DNA from: a virus
UHGV virus genome: UHGV-0241771
Length of the DNA: 38,104 nt
Strand: one strand, 5' to 3'
A program made the translations under genes and the position numbers. The notes under the pieces are model-generated. The model was not told where the DNA came from, did not search any database, and saw only the letters and a list, made by a program, of their open reading frames with translations. Below, piece by piece: positions 37,554-38,104 of this stretch (position 1 is its first letter; each line of letters opens with the position of its first letter).

Positions 37554-37687
37554 ACTCCACCGAAAAGCCACACGTCAGCCACACGCCACAAGTACTAAAC
37601 AAATATAATTTAGATGTATATACAATTTCAAAAACATTGAAATTACAATGATATAATAAAATGCTTTAGTTTACCTTAATGATAAAA

Positions 37688-37737
37688 TCTGCCTTGTAAG
37701 CGGACGGTCGTCAGTTCAAATCTGACAAGCGGCTCCA
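37688..37737 (+). tRNA. 3'-partial tRNA-Thr(UGU) fragment (anticodon arm through CCA), prophage attR core
   Basis: Anticodon stem tctgc/gcgga with loop cTTGTAa. Variable loop cggtc. T arm gtcag-TTCAAAT-ctgac. Acceptor 3' strand aagcggc followed by t-CCA. No D-arm or 5' acceptor strand upstream (AT-rich phage arm). Confidence 0.65.
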
Positions 37738-37741
37738 TCAT

Positions 37742-37780
37742 AACCCGCTCAAGGTCAACCCTTGAGCGGGTTGCTTTTAT
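37742..37780 (+). terminator. Intrinsic terminator of the host tRNA gene
   Basis: 13-bp stem aacccgctcaagg/ccttgagcgggtt with a 5-nt loop, followed by GCTTTTAT. Confidence 0.7.
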
Positions 37781-38104
37781 GAGGCGTGCGCCATTACTCG
37801 TTCCCATGAATTTCCGGCGTGCCGCTTTTGAACATTCATCATCTATTCATATCTCCGGCGGAATGCAGCAGCCGCAGGAAGCAAAGCGGACGCAACATCT
37901 GGCAAGAGGCCATTCCACCCACGGGCATCCCCGTCAACTTCCGGCAGCGAAGGGCCATTCCCGGAGCGGGAAGAAGGTTCCGTTGGCGATAACGCCGCCT
38001 CAGCAAGCCGTTTCCCCCCTTGAATACTCCTCCATTGCCGTTTCGACCAAAGGAACCATGATTCAAACCAATGGATACTACAGAAAAAAAGATGGCCGCG
38101 GCTA

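Larger units (their letters stand above)
1..37737 (+). mobile_element. Integrated temperate prophage (T7-like portal/internal-core lineage), right portion with attR; left end lies beyond window start
   Basis: Continuous phage gene content from position 1 (lysin, portal, scaffold, core proteins, cI/cro, RecT/RusA, terS/terL). It ends at a 3' tRNA-Thr fragment plus host terminator at 37688-37780. Low-GC moron islands are embedded. Confidence 0.7.

Noticed and set aside
37688-37737. Possible complete tRNA gene
   Set aside because: Only the anticodon arm, variable loop, T arm and 3' acceptor strand are present. The upstream sequence cannot form a D arm or a 5' acceptor strand. I interpret it as an att-site fragment.
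37839-38066. 75-aa minus ORF in host flank, and a possible + strand start at 38058 running off the window
   Set aside because: The minus ORF is a Gly/Arg-rich low-complexity translation. The + strand fragment is too short to evaluate.
1-38104. CRISPR array, integrase, transposase/IS element, rRNA
   Set aside because: No regularly spaced direct repeats, no tyrosine/serine recombinase motifs, no inverted-repeat-flanked transposase ORF and no rRNA-like sequence were seen.

Overview
About 97% of the window (1 to ~37737) is the right-hand part of an integrated temperate prophage, in a ~56% GC genome that looks like Akkermansia. The remaining ~0.3 kb at the right edge is host DNA.

Phage/host junction (attR): a 50-nt 3' fragment of tRNA-Thr(UGU) at 37688..37737, covering the anticodon arm through CCA with no D-arm or 5' acceptor strand, followed by an intrinsic terminator at 37742..37780.

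Gene order, left to right:
- Lysis and head genes (1..3555): a GH108-type endolysin cut by the window edge, a T7-like portal (gp8-like motif LNLASAHLLFITPMDQKWFSL), and an acidic scaffold-like protein.
- Ejection-core block (3666..17027): a gp11-like adaptor, three proteins in the positions of T7 internal core proteins gp13/gp14/gp15, and a 3261-aa gp16-position giant 'polyvalent' protein. The giant protein carries a ParB-like module (GRHRFNA), a PARP-like ADP-ribosyltransferase-like segment (YHGS) and an HExxH zincin (HEVQH), plus C-terminal membrane helices.
- Low-GC accessory island (17.0-25.3 kb), containing:
  - a DUF3800-like predicted nuclease;
  - a membrane double-zinc-ribbon protein;
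  - a lipoprotein/YHYH/membrane operon;
  - a HicA toxin with no HicB, translationally coupled to a DUF2971 protein, both directly downstream of the cI (HTH + S24 peptidase) repressor;
  - a divergent cro-like gene.
- Recombination/replication module (25.3-32.0 kb): Xis/AlpA-like HTH protein, RecT, a Cas4-like PD-(D/E)xK nuclease, RusA, an orphan C5 DNA methyltransferase with five tandem target-recognition-domain-like repeats and an atypical SCEC catalytic motif, a replication organizer, a wHTH regulator, and the small terminase.
- Low-GC antisense membrane/coiled-coil gene (32038..33006) wedged between terS and the next gene.
- A gp12-like tail tubular B gene, then the large terminase.

A 28-bp element (2 mismatches between copies) sits upstream of the gp11-like and gp12-like genes. 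No integrase, major capsid gene, CRISPR array or intact tRNA is visible in the window. Most long minus-strand ORFs inside GC-rich genes are shadow ORFs.
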